This document shows, piece after piece, positions 1 to 9,034 of a stretch of 34,284 nucleotides of DNA (position 1 is the stretch's first letter; each line of letters opens with the position of its first letter). Position numbers and translations under genes: made by a program. This DNA is from Bdellovibrionales bacterium. Its GTDB lineage: Bacteria; Bdellovibrionota; Bdellovibrionia; Bdellovibrionales; UBA1609. The notes beneath the pieces were generated by a model. The model saw only the letters and a program-made list of their open reading frames with translations. It did no database searches and was not told where the DNA came from. The stretch covers positions 1 through 34,284 of the forward strand of contig JBFWVI010000036.1 of NCBI GenBank assembly GCA_050246815.1, read 5' to 3'.

Positions 1-2
1 CG

Positions 3-31
3 TTGACGCCGCGCAAAATTATGGCTATACA
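3..31 (+). promoter_or_regulatory. Candidate sigma70 promoter of the rnc-era-der operon
   Basis: TTGACG (3-8), 17-nt spacer, TATACA (26-31) upstream of rnc. Confidence 0.5.
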
Positions 32-117
32 AACCCCTGAAACCACGGCCAAAAGCCGTTTTTGGGGATGTCGCCTTTGGGCATCTGATGTTGGGCCTCG
101 CAACAAGGAGTATGCCC

Positions 118-840
118 ATGACCACCTTGACTCAGCGCTTAGGGCGCGAGTTTCGCGATCCTGCGCTTTTGCAGCAGGCGCTGACTCATAAAAGTTTCCA
201 CAACGAAAACTTAAATGTTTCGCGTGGCCACAACGAGCGCCTGGAGTTTTTAGGCGACGCGGTTTTAGATTTGGCATTGAGCGACATCTTGATGCGCGAA
301 TTTCCTCTGCTTGATGAAGGGGATCTTTCAAAGCTGCGCGCCAGCCTTGTGAACGAAGCCATCTTGGCCGAAGTGGCCAACGAGTACGGTTTTGCCGCGC
401 ACATGCGCTTGGGTCGTGGCGAAACCCAAACCGGGGGCGCGCAGAAACCGCGCCTGCTGGCTTCGGTTTTTGAAGCCTTCGTCGGTGCGCTTTATCTGGA
501 TGCGGGTTTTGACGAAGCTTTGAGTCTTTTGAAGCGAATGTTCAATGACCGTTTAAAGCAAACCGATGGCCAGGTTCATTTTGCACGAGATTACAAAACT
601 CGGCTGCAAGAGTTGACTCAAGAAATTCATCGCCATGCGCCCCAGTACCTGGTTATTGAGGAAAGTGGTCCCGACCATGACAAAACTTTTATCGTGGTCG
701 CCAAAATCGGCGGGCGCGATGTGGCCACCGGTCGTGGCCGCAGCAAAAAAACCGCCGAACAAGACGCCGCCCGCTTGGCGCTTGAAGCTTTAGCCGCGCA
801 AGCCCCAGTTCCACAAGAGGAGAAACAAGACCATGAGTGA
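118..840 (+). CDS. rnc: Ribonuclease III
   Basis: Signature HNERLEFLGDAVL, ASVFEAFVGALYLDAG, and a C-terminal dsRBD (DYKTRLQE...GPDHDKTF...GRSKKTAEQDAA). Start placed at ATG 118, 7 nt after AAGGAG (105-110). Confidence 0.97.
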   Translation: MTTLTQRLGREFRDPALLQQALTHKSFHNENLNVSRGHNERLEFLGDAVLDLALSDILMREFPLLDEGDLSKLRASLVNEAILAEVANEYGFAAHMRLGRGETQTGGAQKPRLLASVFEAFVGALYLDAGFDEALSLLKRMFNDRLKQTDGQVHFARDYKTRLQELTQEIHRHAPQYLVIEESGPDHDKTFIVVAKIGGRDVATGRGRSKKTAEQDAARLALEALAAQAPVPQEEKQDHE

Positions 841-1750
841 AACCGCCAATAAGACTCCTTTTCGCGCCGGCTATGTGGGTTTGATCGGTCAGCCCAACGC
901 GGGCAAAAGCACTTTGCTCAATGCCATCGTGGGTGAAAAAGTGGCCATCGTCACCCCCAAACCCCAGACGACTCGCTCAAGAGTAGTGGGCATTCACACT
1001 TCGCCCACGGCGCAGATTTGTTTTAACGATGCGCCAGGCCTTATTCGCGCACAAAAGGGTTTGAATAAATTCTTGCAGCAAGAACTTGACGACGTGGTCA
1101 AAGAATCCGATGCCCTGGTGGCCGTTTTGGCGCTGGACGAAGGCAATTTAGAAAAATTGCTCGAGCTGGCCACCATGGTGGCCGAGGCGAAAAAGCCGTG
1201 GATGGCCGTGATCACCAAAACTGATTTACCCAAAGTGCATCGCATCGCCATCTTGCGCGAAAAACTGCAAAGCTTCGGCGTGAAAGTGGTGGCGATCAGC
1301 GCCGAGAAATGCCCCAAAGAGATGCGCGAACTTTTGATTCCCGAACTTGAGCAACTGCTGCCACAAAGCCCGGGCCCCTTATTTGATCCCGAGATGTACA
1401 CCACCCACTCGCAGCGCGATCTGGTCACCGAGTTGGTTCGGGAACAGTGCTTTTTGCATTTGCATGAAGAGATCCCGTTTGGCATGGCCGTTCGTTTGCG
1501 CGACTTTGATGAGCAAGGTCCCAAAATCAAAATCGAAGCGGATTTGATCGTGACGAAAAATAGCCACCGCGGCATGGTGATCGGCACAGCCGGTCAGCGT
1601 TTGAAGCACATCGGCCAAGACGCGCGTCGCGAGATAGAAAAGATGTTGCAACGTCCGGTCTATCTGGGCCTGCATGTGGTGGTGCGCCCTAAATGGAACG
1701 AAAGCCCTCAATGGCTTAAGGAGTTGGGTTATGGCCTTCATCTCGCGTAA
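833..1750 (+). CDS. era: GTPase Era
   Basis: GQPNAGKSTLLN, KPQTTR, DAPG, TKTD, EEIPFG and the KH motif VIGTAGQRLKHIG. Overlaps the rnc stop. Confidence 0.96.
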   Translation: MSETANKTPFRAGYVGLIGQPNAGKSTLLNAIVGEKVAIVTPKPQTTRSRVVGIHTSPTAQICFNDAPGLIRAQKGLNKFLQQELDDVVKESDALVAVLALDEGNLEKLLELATMVAEAKKPWMAVITKTDLPKVHRIAILREKLQSFGVKVVAISAEKCPKEMRELLIPELEQLLPQSPGPLFDPEMYTTHSQRDLVTELVREQCFLHLHEEIPFGMAVRLRDFDEQGPKIKIEADLIVTKNSHRGMVIGTAGQRLKHIGQDARREIEKMLQRPVYLGLHVVVRPKWNESPQWLKELGYGLHLA

Positions 1751-3089
1751 TCGTGTGGCTTTGATCGGCCGGCCCAATGTTGGAAAGTCGACGTTATTTA
1801 ATAAAATGACCCGCACGCGCAAAGCCGTGGTGCGTGATGAGCCTGGCGTGACCCGCGATATCTTGATTGAACCCACCGAGTGGTGGGGGCGTCAATTCAA
1901 TGTGGTCGACACCGGAGGACTGACGGAAGAGCGCACAGGCTTTTCGCCGTTGATCCGCGAACAGACCCTTTCGATTTTGGAGTCGGTGGATCTATTGGTG
2001 GCGGTGATGGATGGTCGTTCGGGTTTGATCCCCGAAGACCGCGACTTGATTCGCGTGGCCAAAGAAAGCGGCAAACCCACTTTGCTGGTGGTCAACAAGA
2101 TCGACCAGCAGCATGAAGTCGACGTGAAGCTAGCTGAATTTTATGAATTCGGCTTGGACGTGGTGGGTGCGGCATTCGAACACGACTTTGGCATCGATCG
2201 AGTGGTGGAATGGATTTTGGCCAAGCTCCCAGCCCAAGACGCCATTAACCGCCAAGGCCCGCGCTTGACGGTCATCGGTAAACCCAATGCTGGCAAAAGT
2301 TCACTCTGTAATCACCTGCTGGGTGAAAAGCGCATGCTGGTGTCGGCCGTGGCGGGCACAACTGTGGATGCGGTGGAGGCGGAATTCACTTACGACAATC
2401 GTCCGTACACCTTGATCGACACGGCGGGCCTGCGCCGTCAGGCTCGTCGAGAAGACGGCATTGAAATGCTGTCGGCATTCAAATCAAAAGAGGCTTTAAG
2501 AAAATCAGACATCGCGTTGCTGGTGATCGACGCGGCCTTAGGCCCCAGCAGTCAAGACGCAAAATTGGTCGAGATGTGCCTGGACGAACACAAGGCCGTG
2601 ATCATCGTGGCCAACAAGTACGATGCCGCCAAAGATCAGCACGAAGGGGCGCGGGATTGGTTTCGCGATCGGCTGGGGCGAGAGCTGCACTTCTTCCCCG
2701 ATGCACGCGTGGTTTTTGTCAGCGCCTTGACCGGTTATGGAATGGCCGATTTGTTTGCTGAGATTGAGGCGGTTTACGAGGCTTTGAACCGCCGCATTTC
2801 GACTTCTAAACTCAACAAGTTCTTCTTTGAGGCCATTCGCCAAGCGCCAGCCCCAGTGTACAACACGGTGAACGTAAAATTTTATTATCTGACGCAAACT
2901 CACCAAACTCCGCCCAGTTTCATCGCGTTTGCGAATCATCCTGACGGTGTGACACCCAGTTATCGCCGGTTTTTGGCCAAGCGAATCCAGATGGAGTTTG
3001 ATTTGAGCGGAATCCCAGTGCGGATCTTTGTGATGCCTTCGGGGCGGGGCTTGCGCAAAGCCGAAGAGCGCGCCCACGCAGAAGGATAA
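1731..3089 (+). CDS. der: Ribosome biogenesis GTPase Der (EngA)
   Basis: Two tandem G domains (GRPNVGKS/DTGG/NKID and GKPNAGKSS/DTAG/NKYD) plus a C-terminal KH-like domain (KFYYLTQ..PPSF..SYRRFL). Start at ATG 1731 after AAGGAG (1718-1723). Confidence 0.96.
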   Translation: MAFISRNRVALIGRPNVGKSTLFNKMTRTRKAVVRDEPGVTRDILIEPTEWWGRQFNVVDTGGLTEERTGFSPLIREQTLSILESVDLLVAVMDGRSGLIPEDRDLIRVAKESGKPTLLVVNKIDQQHEVDVKLAEFYEFGLDVVGAAFEHDFGIDRVVEWILAKLPAQDAINRQGPRLTVIGKPNAGKSSLCNHLLGEKRMLVSAVAGTTVDAVEAEFTYDNRPYTLIDTAGLRRQARREDGIEMLSAFKSKEALRKSDIALLVIDAALGPSSQDAKLVEMCLDEHKAVIIVANKYDAAKDQHEGARDWFRDRLGRELHFFPDARVVFVSALTGYGMADLFAEIEAVYEALNRRISTSKLNKFFFEAIRQAPAPVYNTVNVKFYYLTQTHQTPPSFIAFANHPDGVTPSYRRFLAKRIQMEFDLSGIPVRIFVMPSGRGLRKAEERAHAEG

Positions 3090-3095
3090 CCGGCG

Positions 3096-4478
3096 ATGTC
3101 CGATCAGCGCAAAGCCCGTTGGACCACGCGATTTGGCTTTTATCTGTTGGCGATTGGGTCGGCATTTGGGCTTGGCAATATCTGGCGCTTTCCTTACATC
3201 GTGGCCGAAAATGGTGGCGGCGCGTTTTTGTTTGTTTACTTGGCTATGGTTTTTTTGGTCGGCATGCCATTTTTGATCGGTGAGCTTTTTTTAGGCAAGG
3301 TCACGGGTTCTGCTGTGATTCCGGCTATGCGTCGCCTTGGTGAGGGGGTCGGTGACGGAGTGAGTTCCGCTCGCTCGTCACGCTTTCATATTTTGATGGG
3401 TTCCGGCTATTTGGCCATCGCGCTTTGCTTGATGGTGCTGGCTTATTACTCGGTGGTTTGTGGTTGGGTATTGCATTTTTTAATGCGTTTTGTGGTGGCC
3501 GCTTTAGGTTTAAGCGTTTTGGACCCAGGCGGCGCCCTGCACATCTTGCTCAATAATGGTTGGCTTCAGATCATGCTGACCAGTGTGCACCTGCTTTTGA
3601 TCATGGTGGTGATCACTCGTGGCGTCGAGGAGGGGATTGAACGCTGGGTTGGCAAAGTGATCCCGGTGTTTTTGATTTTAGTGGTTGCTTTGGCTTTTCG
3701 TTCGCTTTCGATGGATTCTTCAACCGATGCTTTAAGATTTTTTCTGTATCCGGATTTTTCTCGTCTGACACCTGCGGCACTGGGGCAAGCGATCGGCCAA
3801 GTGTGTTTTACCTTGAGTGTGGGTTTTGGCACCATGGTGACTTTTGGCAGTTATACCAATGAAAATGTAAGCGTGCCGGCCACCGGGTTTCGGGTGGCGG
3901 TGTTTGATTCATTGGTGTCTTTGGTGGCGGGGATGATGATTTTTCCCTTGGTGTTTTCGCGCGCCAATGCCGATGTGGGGCCGACGCTGCTGTTTGAAAC
4001 CGTGCCGTTTATGTTCGCCCGTCTGCCGGGCGGCGTGTGGTTTGGTGTCGGATTTTTTCTGTGTTTGTATTTGGCCGCTTTGGGCGCAAGTCTTGGTTTG
4101 CTTGAAACGGCAGTGGCCAATTTGCGTGAAACGCGCAAAAAAATGTCGCGGCCAAGGGCAACGATCATTGCCGTGGTGATGTGTCTTTATATCGCGGTGA
4201 TTCCCGCTCTTTCGAGCTCAGTTTTAAAGGGCAACACCATTATGGGCATGACGGTGATGGAAGCCTGGGACGGCTTTTTGATCAATTGGCTATTGCCCAT
4301 TACGGCGGTGCTGATCTCGCAAATTGTGGTGCGCCGGGTGGATCGCGAAGTGCAGCAGGCCGAGTTTGATAAAATTCCTTCAGCTTCGATGGGACGCTTG
4401 TACGCCCATTGGCGTTTTGCCATTCGTTATTTAGCGCCAATTTTATGCGTTCTAGGTTTAGCCTTACAACTGGTTTAA
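3096..4478 (+). CDS. Sodium-dependent transporter, NSS/SNF (LeuT-like) family
   Basis: N-terminal RWTTRFGFYLLAIGSAFGLGNIWRFPYIVAENGGGAF signature, QVCFTLSVGFG motif, many hydrophobic segments. Confidence 0.92.
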   Translation: MSDQRKARWTTRFGFYLLAIGSAFGLGNIWRFPYIVAENGGGAFLFVYLAMVFLVGMPFLIGELFLGKVTGSAVIPAMRRLGEGVGDGVSSARSSRFHILMGSGYLAIALCLMVLAYYSVVCGWVLHFLMRFVVAALGLSVLDPGGALHILLNNGWLQIMLTSVHLLLIMVVITRGVEEGIERWVGKVIPVFLILVVALAFRSLSMDSSTDALRFFLYPDFSRLTPAALGQAIGQVCFTLSVGFGTMVTFGSYTNENVSVPATGFRVAVFDSLVSLVAGMMIFPLVFSRANADVGPTLLFETVPFMFARLPGGVWFGVGFFLCLYLAALGASLGLLETAVANLRETRKKMSRPRATIIAVVMCLYIAVIPALSSSVLKGNTIMGMTVMEAWDGFLINWLLPITAVLISQIVVRRVDREVQQAEFDKIPSASMGRLYAHWRFAIRYLAPILCVLGLALQLV

Positions 4479-4506
4479 TAAACGCGGACTTAAGGAAAAT
4501 TGCGTC

Positions 4507-5250
4507 CTAGAAGTTAAGCCCTAAAATCGCCATCAGGCTAAAGATATCGCCCTTGTTGTAAAGGCCGGTGGCTTGGTTGCCGGCCAGGATGATTTCGGAG
4601 TTTTCATTTTGAAAGCTGACAAGCTGAAAGGCGGCTTGCCCGCCAAAGTACATATTTCGCATCAAAGGAATTTCGATACCCGTCCCTAAGTTGAAACCCA
4701 TAGCGCCCTCTTTACCGAAGGCGGACTCGCCCACCACCGAGGTGGTGCGATAGACCTGCGAAAATCCACCGATCAAGTAGGGATTCATTTTCGCCAGACC
4801 TCGGGTCACGTTTTGGGTGTTCAGGTAGTACTTGAGGTTTAAGGAAATGTCGGTGATCGAGACATTGCCGCGTACGGGCACGCCACTGGGCGGCTTAAAA
4901 GACAGTTCATGGTCGCCGGTCAAAAAGCCCAATTGCAGGGCAAAACGCAGATCAAAAAAGTAACTTAGGAACATGCCAAATGCCATGGCGGGTTTTTGGA
5001 TCTCACCCATGGTTTCGGTGAAGCCACGATAGCCGCCGATAAAACCCAAGGTGAAAAAGCGACCGTTGCGAAAAAAATTGATGTCGGCTTCTTCTTCTGC
5101 GGACTCTTCAAATTCTGAATAATCAGCGAAGGGGTCATAGGATTCATCGGCCTCTTGGGCCTGAGCCAAATGGGGTCGCGTGATGAAGCCAAGTCCCATG
5201 ATGACGGCAAGCAGTATGTGTAGGTGAAACCGACTCAAAAATTCCCCCAA
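4507..5250 (-). CDS. Outer-membrane beta-barrel protein (small porin/OmpA-barrel-like)
   Basis: Signal peptide ending AQA, acidic linker, alternating amphipathic strands rich in G/F/Y (PYLIGGFSQVY, GFNLGTGIEIPL), C-terminal Phe (ILGLNF). Exact start uncertain. Confidence 0.7.
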   Translation of the reverse strand: MGEFLSRFHLHILLAVIMGLGFITRPHLAQAQEADESYDPFADYSEFEESAEEEADINFFRNGRFFTLGFIGGYRGFTETMGEIQKPAMAFGMFLSYFFDLRFALQLGFLTGDHELSFKPPSGVPVRGNVSITDISLNLKYYLNTQNVTRGLAKMNPYLIGGFSQVYRTTSVVGESAFGKEGAMGFNLGTGIEIPLMRNMYFGGQAAFQLVSFQNENSEIILAGNQATGLYNKGDIFSLMAILGLNF

Positions 5251-5346
5251 AAGTCGCCCTTGCGGACCCTTTTAATTAGTTTAAAGAGCTATCCCAAAAA
5301 GATCCAGCGCCGTCCCATTTTGAGACACGTTTAGGCCAGGTCGGGT

Positions 5347-5375
5347 TTGCTCCTGAGGGCTAAATCTGCTAGACC
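5347..5375 (+). promoter_or_regulatory. Candidate promoter of the pur operon
   Basis: TTGCTC-N17-TAGACC with a TG extended -10 element, followed by GGAG (5390-5393) and GTG 5399. Confidence 0.35.
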
Positions 5376-5398
5376 ATAGCCCAACCCTGGGAGCAAAA

Positions 5399-6430
5399 GT
5401 GAGCATGGACTATAAACAGGCCGGTGTGGACGTGGCCGCAGGCGATGCCCTGGTCGATTGGCTCAAAGCCACCCAGCCCCAAAAGTTCCCCCATCAAGAC
5501 AAAATTGTGTCTGGTATCGGTGGTTTTGCCGCCCTGTTTCGTGCTGACTTTTTGGGCATGAAAGAGCCTTGTTTGGTCAGTTGCACCGATGGAGTGGGCA
5601 CGAAAGTCAAATTGGCGGCGGAATTTGGTCGTTATCGCGAAGTCGCACAGGACTTGGTCGCGATGTGCGTGAACGACATGATTTGCTGTGGCGCCCGACC
5701 GCTGTTTTTTTTGGATTATTATGCCACTGGCAAATTGGACCTCAAGGCCGCTCAGGATTTTTTAGGTGGTGTGCGTGAGGCCTGCCACCAATCTGATTGC
5801 GCCTTGATTGGTGGAGAGACCGCCGAAATGCCCGGCGTTTACCAGGCCAAAGATTTTGACTGCGCTGGCTTTTCAGTGGGCGTGGTGGACAAGCCAAAAG
5901 CGTTGGGCCCGGCGCGGGTTTCGGAAGGCGACCGGCTGCTTGGGTTTGCTAGCAGCGGTTTTCACTCCAATGGATATTCGCTTCTGCGCAAGGTGTTTGA
6001 AAAAGATTTGACTCAATGGGCAGACGTTTTGCTGCGCCCCACGGCTCTTTATGTAAAGCCGGTTTTGGAGCTGGTCGATATGGGTGGGGTCAATGCCTTG
6101 GCCCATATTACCGGTGGGGGCCTAGATAATTTACCGCGAATTTTACCCAATGGAATGGTGGCCGAAATTTCGCCGTGGGTGATTCCAGCCGAATTCAGTG
6201 AAGTGCAGCGGCGCTCAAAAATGACTTGGGAGCAAATGGTGGCCACTTTGAATTGTGGCATGGGGATGATTGCCGTGGTGCAAGCTGATCACTTTGCCGG
6301 TCTGCTTGAAAAAGCCGAAGCATTGGGATTAAAGCCCGCCGATTTGGGGGTGGTGGTGAAGGGTGCAACGGGTGAAGAGGCAAGTTGGCGGTTGAAAAAA
6401 GGCGCCGCATGGCGGGGGGCTGAGTTGTGA
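5399..6430 (+). CDS. purM: Phosphoribosylformylglycinamidine cyclo-ligase (AIR synthetase)
   Basis: YKQAGVD, GIGGFAALF, TDGVGTK, DLVAMCVND, GGETAEMPG, SSGFHSNGYSL, AHITGGG. Confidence 0.97.
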   Translation: MSMDYKQAGVDVAAGDALVDWLKATQPQKFPHQDKIVSGIGGFAALFRADFLGMKEPCLVSCTDGVGTKVKLAAEFGRYREVAQDLVAMCVNDMICCGARPLFFLDYYATGKLDLKAAQDFLGGVREACHQSDCALIGGETAEMPGVYQAKDFDCAGFSVGVVDKPKALGPARVSEGDRLLGFASSGFHSNGYSLLRKVFEKDLTQWADVLLRPTALYVKPVLELVDMGGVNALAHITGGGLDNLPRILPNGMVAEISPWVIPAEFSEVQRRSKMTWEQMVATLNCGMGMIAVVQADHFAGLLEKAEALGLKPADLGVVVKGATGEEASWRLKKGAAWRGAEL

Positions 6431-7752
6431 GTGTGAATCAACAAGGGCTGCCGGATGTGGTGGTTGTCTCGGCCTTTGGTCGCGGCAATTGGTTGGCTGC
6501 GGAATTGGCGGAAAAAAATTTTTCTGTGCAGCTATTGGATGTGACGGAATCCCTGGGACGCTGGGCTCCGGAAGATTGGGAGGGTCCGTTTGGCTGCTTG
6601 CAGGATGAAAAATGGACATCTTCGCAGCAAAGCCGTTTGACCGAAGAAGATTATCACGACCAAGTGAGTGATGGGTTCACGGTTTGGTCCAAAGAAGGCC
6701 CATTGGACACGCGTGGACACTTGATCAATTATTGGTTGGAGAGCCAACCCATGGTTGCGGCGGCAAAAAAGTACCTTGCGGCTTATCAAGCTGGCAAAAA
6801 CGACGAGATTGAAGATTTAAAAGATGATTTGCTGGTGGCTGGTTTCAAACAAAATTGGCTGGCCCAATTGGCTCACCAACTGGCATCACCACTTTATGTG
6901 GCCAATGCGTTGGCTTTGACTGAAGGTGTACCGTTACCCCTTTGGGCACCGCTCAGTGTTCGCCGCAACAGCCGTAAGGGGCTGCAGAAATCTTTGGAAT
7001 GGGCGCGTGCGAAGGGCTGTGAAGTCCTGGCGCCAGTGAAGTTAGAAGACGTGGCAATCGAAGGGCGCCAGATCGCAGGGGTGCAGATTAGTGGTGCGAC
7101 TTCGCGAGTGGTGCGCGCCATGAACGTGGTGTGGGGTCTTTCAAGCCTTGAAACACAATTCGTTGCGCCCTCGATCGCAACGCAGTTTTTTCCCAAGGGT
7201 GCCTTGCAACCGCAATGGTGTTGGATGCGTTGGCGGGTGAGCGGTAAACTTGGCCACTATGGTCAAGTGGTGCCGCGCCATTTTGTCATGATCGAGGACT
7301 TGGGCCTGCCGTGGACGCATTCAAACCTATTGATTGTGCAGCGCTGTGCGGTGGAGGGAGCTTTTGATGTGTGGGCCCGGATTCCGGCTCACCATCGCTT
7401 TCAACGCGCCTACTGTGAAGAATTCGGCCAGCAGATTGTGGAAAAAATGAACCAGCGCTTGCCGCAATTTTCAGCTCAAGTGCAAGATCTGCCGCAAGAT
7501 TATCATTACAACTTCGACGAACTGGGGCCAGCCCTGTTGCCGGTGTTCGAGCCCGAGGCTCGCAAAGAGTGGTCGGCGCGCCAGTTCAAAAATTTAGAAT
7601 ACGACGGTGCAGAATGGGTGTTGAACTTGGACTGGACGGGGCGTTTTGAGCGACAAAACGAATTGCTGCAAAAACTTATGAAGTGGAAAACCCAAGAGCT
7701 GGCCAGACAAGCCAAAGGAGGCGGCGTTGATCGAGAGATACACCCGTCCTGA
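6427..7752 (+). CDS. Hypothetical protein with a degenerate FAD/Rossmann-like fold
   Basis: 441-aa ORF overlapping the purM stop (GTGA) and the purB start. N-terminal beta-alpha-beta DVVVVSAFGRGNWLAAELAEKNFSVQLLD and internal GCEVLAPVKLEDVAIEGRQIAGVQI...VRAMNVVWG resemble FAD oxidoreductases. Confidence 0.7.
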   Translation: MSVNQQGLPDVVVVSAFGRGNWLAAELAEKNFSVQLLDVTESLGRWAPEDWEGPFGCLQDEKWTSSQQSRLTEEDYHDQVSDGFTVWSKEGPLDTRGHLINYWLESQPMVAAAKKYLAAYQAGKNDEIEDLKDDLLVAGFKQNWLAQLAHQLASPLYVANALALTEGVPLPLWAPLSVRRNSRKGLQKSLEWARAKGCEVLAPVKLEDVAIEGRQIAGVQISGATSRVVRAMNVVWGLSSLETQFVAPSIATQFFPKGALQPQWCWMRWRVSGKLGHYGQVVPRHFVMIEDLGLPWTHSNLLIVQRCAVEGAFDVWARIPAHHRFQRAYCEEFGQQIVEKMNQRLPQFSAQVQDLPQDYHYNFDELGPALLPVFEPEARKEWSARQFKNLEYDGAEWVLNLDWTGRFERQNELLQKLMKWKTQELARQAKGGGVDREIHPS

Positions 7753-9034
7753 AATGGGCGTCTTGTGGTCTCAAGAGGCGCGTTTCAAGGCGCTGCTTGA
7801 GGTTGAGTTGGCCGTGGCGGATGCCCAAGCCGACCTGGGCATTATCCCTGTCGCGGCCGCCCGCGATTTGCGTACGAAGGCCCGTGTCAATGTTGAAGAA
7901 ATTTTGCGGATTGAAGAGACCACTCGTCACGATGTGATCGCTTTTGTCAGTCAGGTGGCGTCAACCGTGGGTGAGAACGGCCGGTTTCTTCACTACGCCA
8001 TGACTTCGTCGGATGTTTTGGATACGGCGTTGAGCGTGCAGGTTCTAAAAGCCGCCGAAGTTTTGAATTTATCTTTGGATCGCTGGCAAAGCGCTTTGAC
8101 CAAGCTGATGCGTACGCATGCCGGTACGTTGTGCGCCGGGCGCACTCATGGCATGCATGCCGAACCCACCACGTTCGGGGCCAAGATGTCAGGTCATTTG
8201 ACTGAACTTAAACGCAACCGCGCCCGCTTTGAACGAGCCGTGCAACAAATGGCCGTGGGCAAATTGTCCGGAGCGGTTGGAACGTTTTCGTCCCAGCCAC
8301 CAGCGGTAGAAGCAAAGGTCTGCGCCAAACTGAACTTGCGCCCTGAGCCCGTGGCAACCCAGGTGATTCCGCGCGATCGCCATGCTGAACTGATGTGGGC
8401 ACTGGCGATGATTGGTGGCGGTCTTGAGCGTTTGGCACTGGAACTTCGCCACTTGCAGCGCACCGAAGTCGGCGAAGCCCTGGAGGGTTTTGGTAAAGGG
8501 CAAAAAGGCTCAAGCGCTATGCCTCATAAACGAAACCCGATTAGCGCCGAAAATTTAACCGGCGCCGCTCGTTTGTTGCGGGCTTATCTGCAGGCGGCCA
8601 TGGAAAACATCGCCCTTTGGCATGAGAGAGACATCTCTCATTCGTCGGTTGAGCGTGTTGCACTTCCAGATGCTTTTATTCTGGCGGATTATGCCGCCGA
8701 CCGCATGGGGCGGTTGCTTGAGAACCTGGATGTGAAGCCTGAACGCATGCTTGCCAACGCGGATCTTTCACAAGGTCAGCTATTTAGCTCGCACCTACTT
8801 TTGGCTTTGGTGCAAAAAGGCTTAAGTCGTGAAGCGGCATACGCTTTGGTGCAAGAGCTTTCGCACAGTTTAAAGCCGGGGCAGCAACTGCAGCAAGTGG
8901 CCGCGCTGGATGATCGGGTTTCGAAACAGCTATCAGCCGGTGAAATCGCCGAGATTTTTTCTGGCAAATCCCATCAGCCCAGTGAGTTGCTTAAGCGGGC
9001 CGAACAGACCCAAGATGGAGGATGGTTGTCATGA
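7727..9034 (+). CDS. purB: Adenylosuccinate lyase
   Basis: MIERYTRPEM, TRHDVIAFV, GRTHGMHAEPTTFG, GSSAMPHKRNP, WHERDISHSSVER. TTG start after GGAGG. Confidence 0.96.
   Translation: MIERYTRPEMGVLWSQEARFKALLEVELAVADAQADLGIIPVAAARDLRTKARVNVEEILRIEETTRHDVIAFVSQVASTVGENGRFLHYAMTSSDVLDTALSVQVLKAAEVLNLSLDRWQSALTKLMRTHAGTLCAGRTHGMHAEPTTFGAKMSGHLTELKRNRARFERAVQQMAVGKLSGAVGTFSSQPPAVEAKVCAKLNLRPEPVATQVIPRDRHAELMWALAMIGGGLERLALELRHLQRTEVGEALEGFGKGQKGSSAMPHKRNPISAENLTGAARLLRAYLQAAMENIALWHERDISHSSVERVALPDAFILADYAADRMGRLLENLDVKPERMLANADLSQGQLFSSHLLLALVQKGLSREAAYALVQELSHSLKPGQQLQQVAALDDRVSKQLSAGEIAEIFSGKSHQPSELLKRAEQTQDGGWLS

Noticed and set aside
88..117. Longer rnc N-terminus from the ORF track (start 88)
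   Set aside because: AAGGAG at 105-110 is correctly spaced for ATG 118, and the extension has no RNase III character.
994..3165. Antisense and alternate-frame ORFs over era and der, and similar ones across the window
   Set aside because: They are shadows of well-supported genes, with no recognisable motifs or RBS.
5251..5398. Known purine, ZTP or PRPP riboswitch upstream of purM
   Set aside because: I could not find the conserved cores of these families by eye; only a generic inverted repeat is supported.
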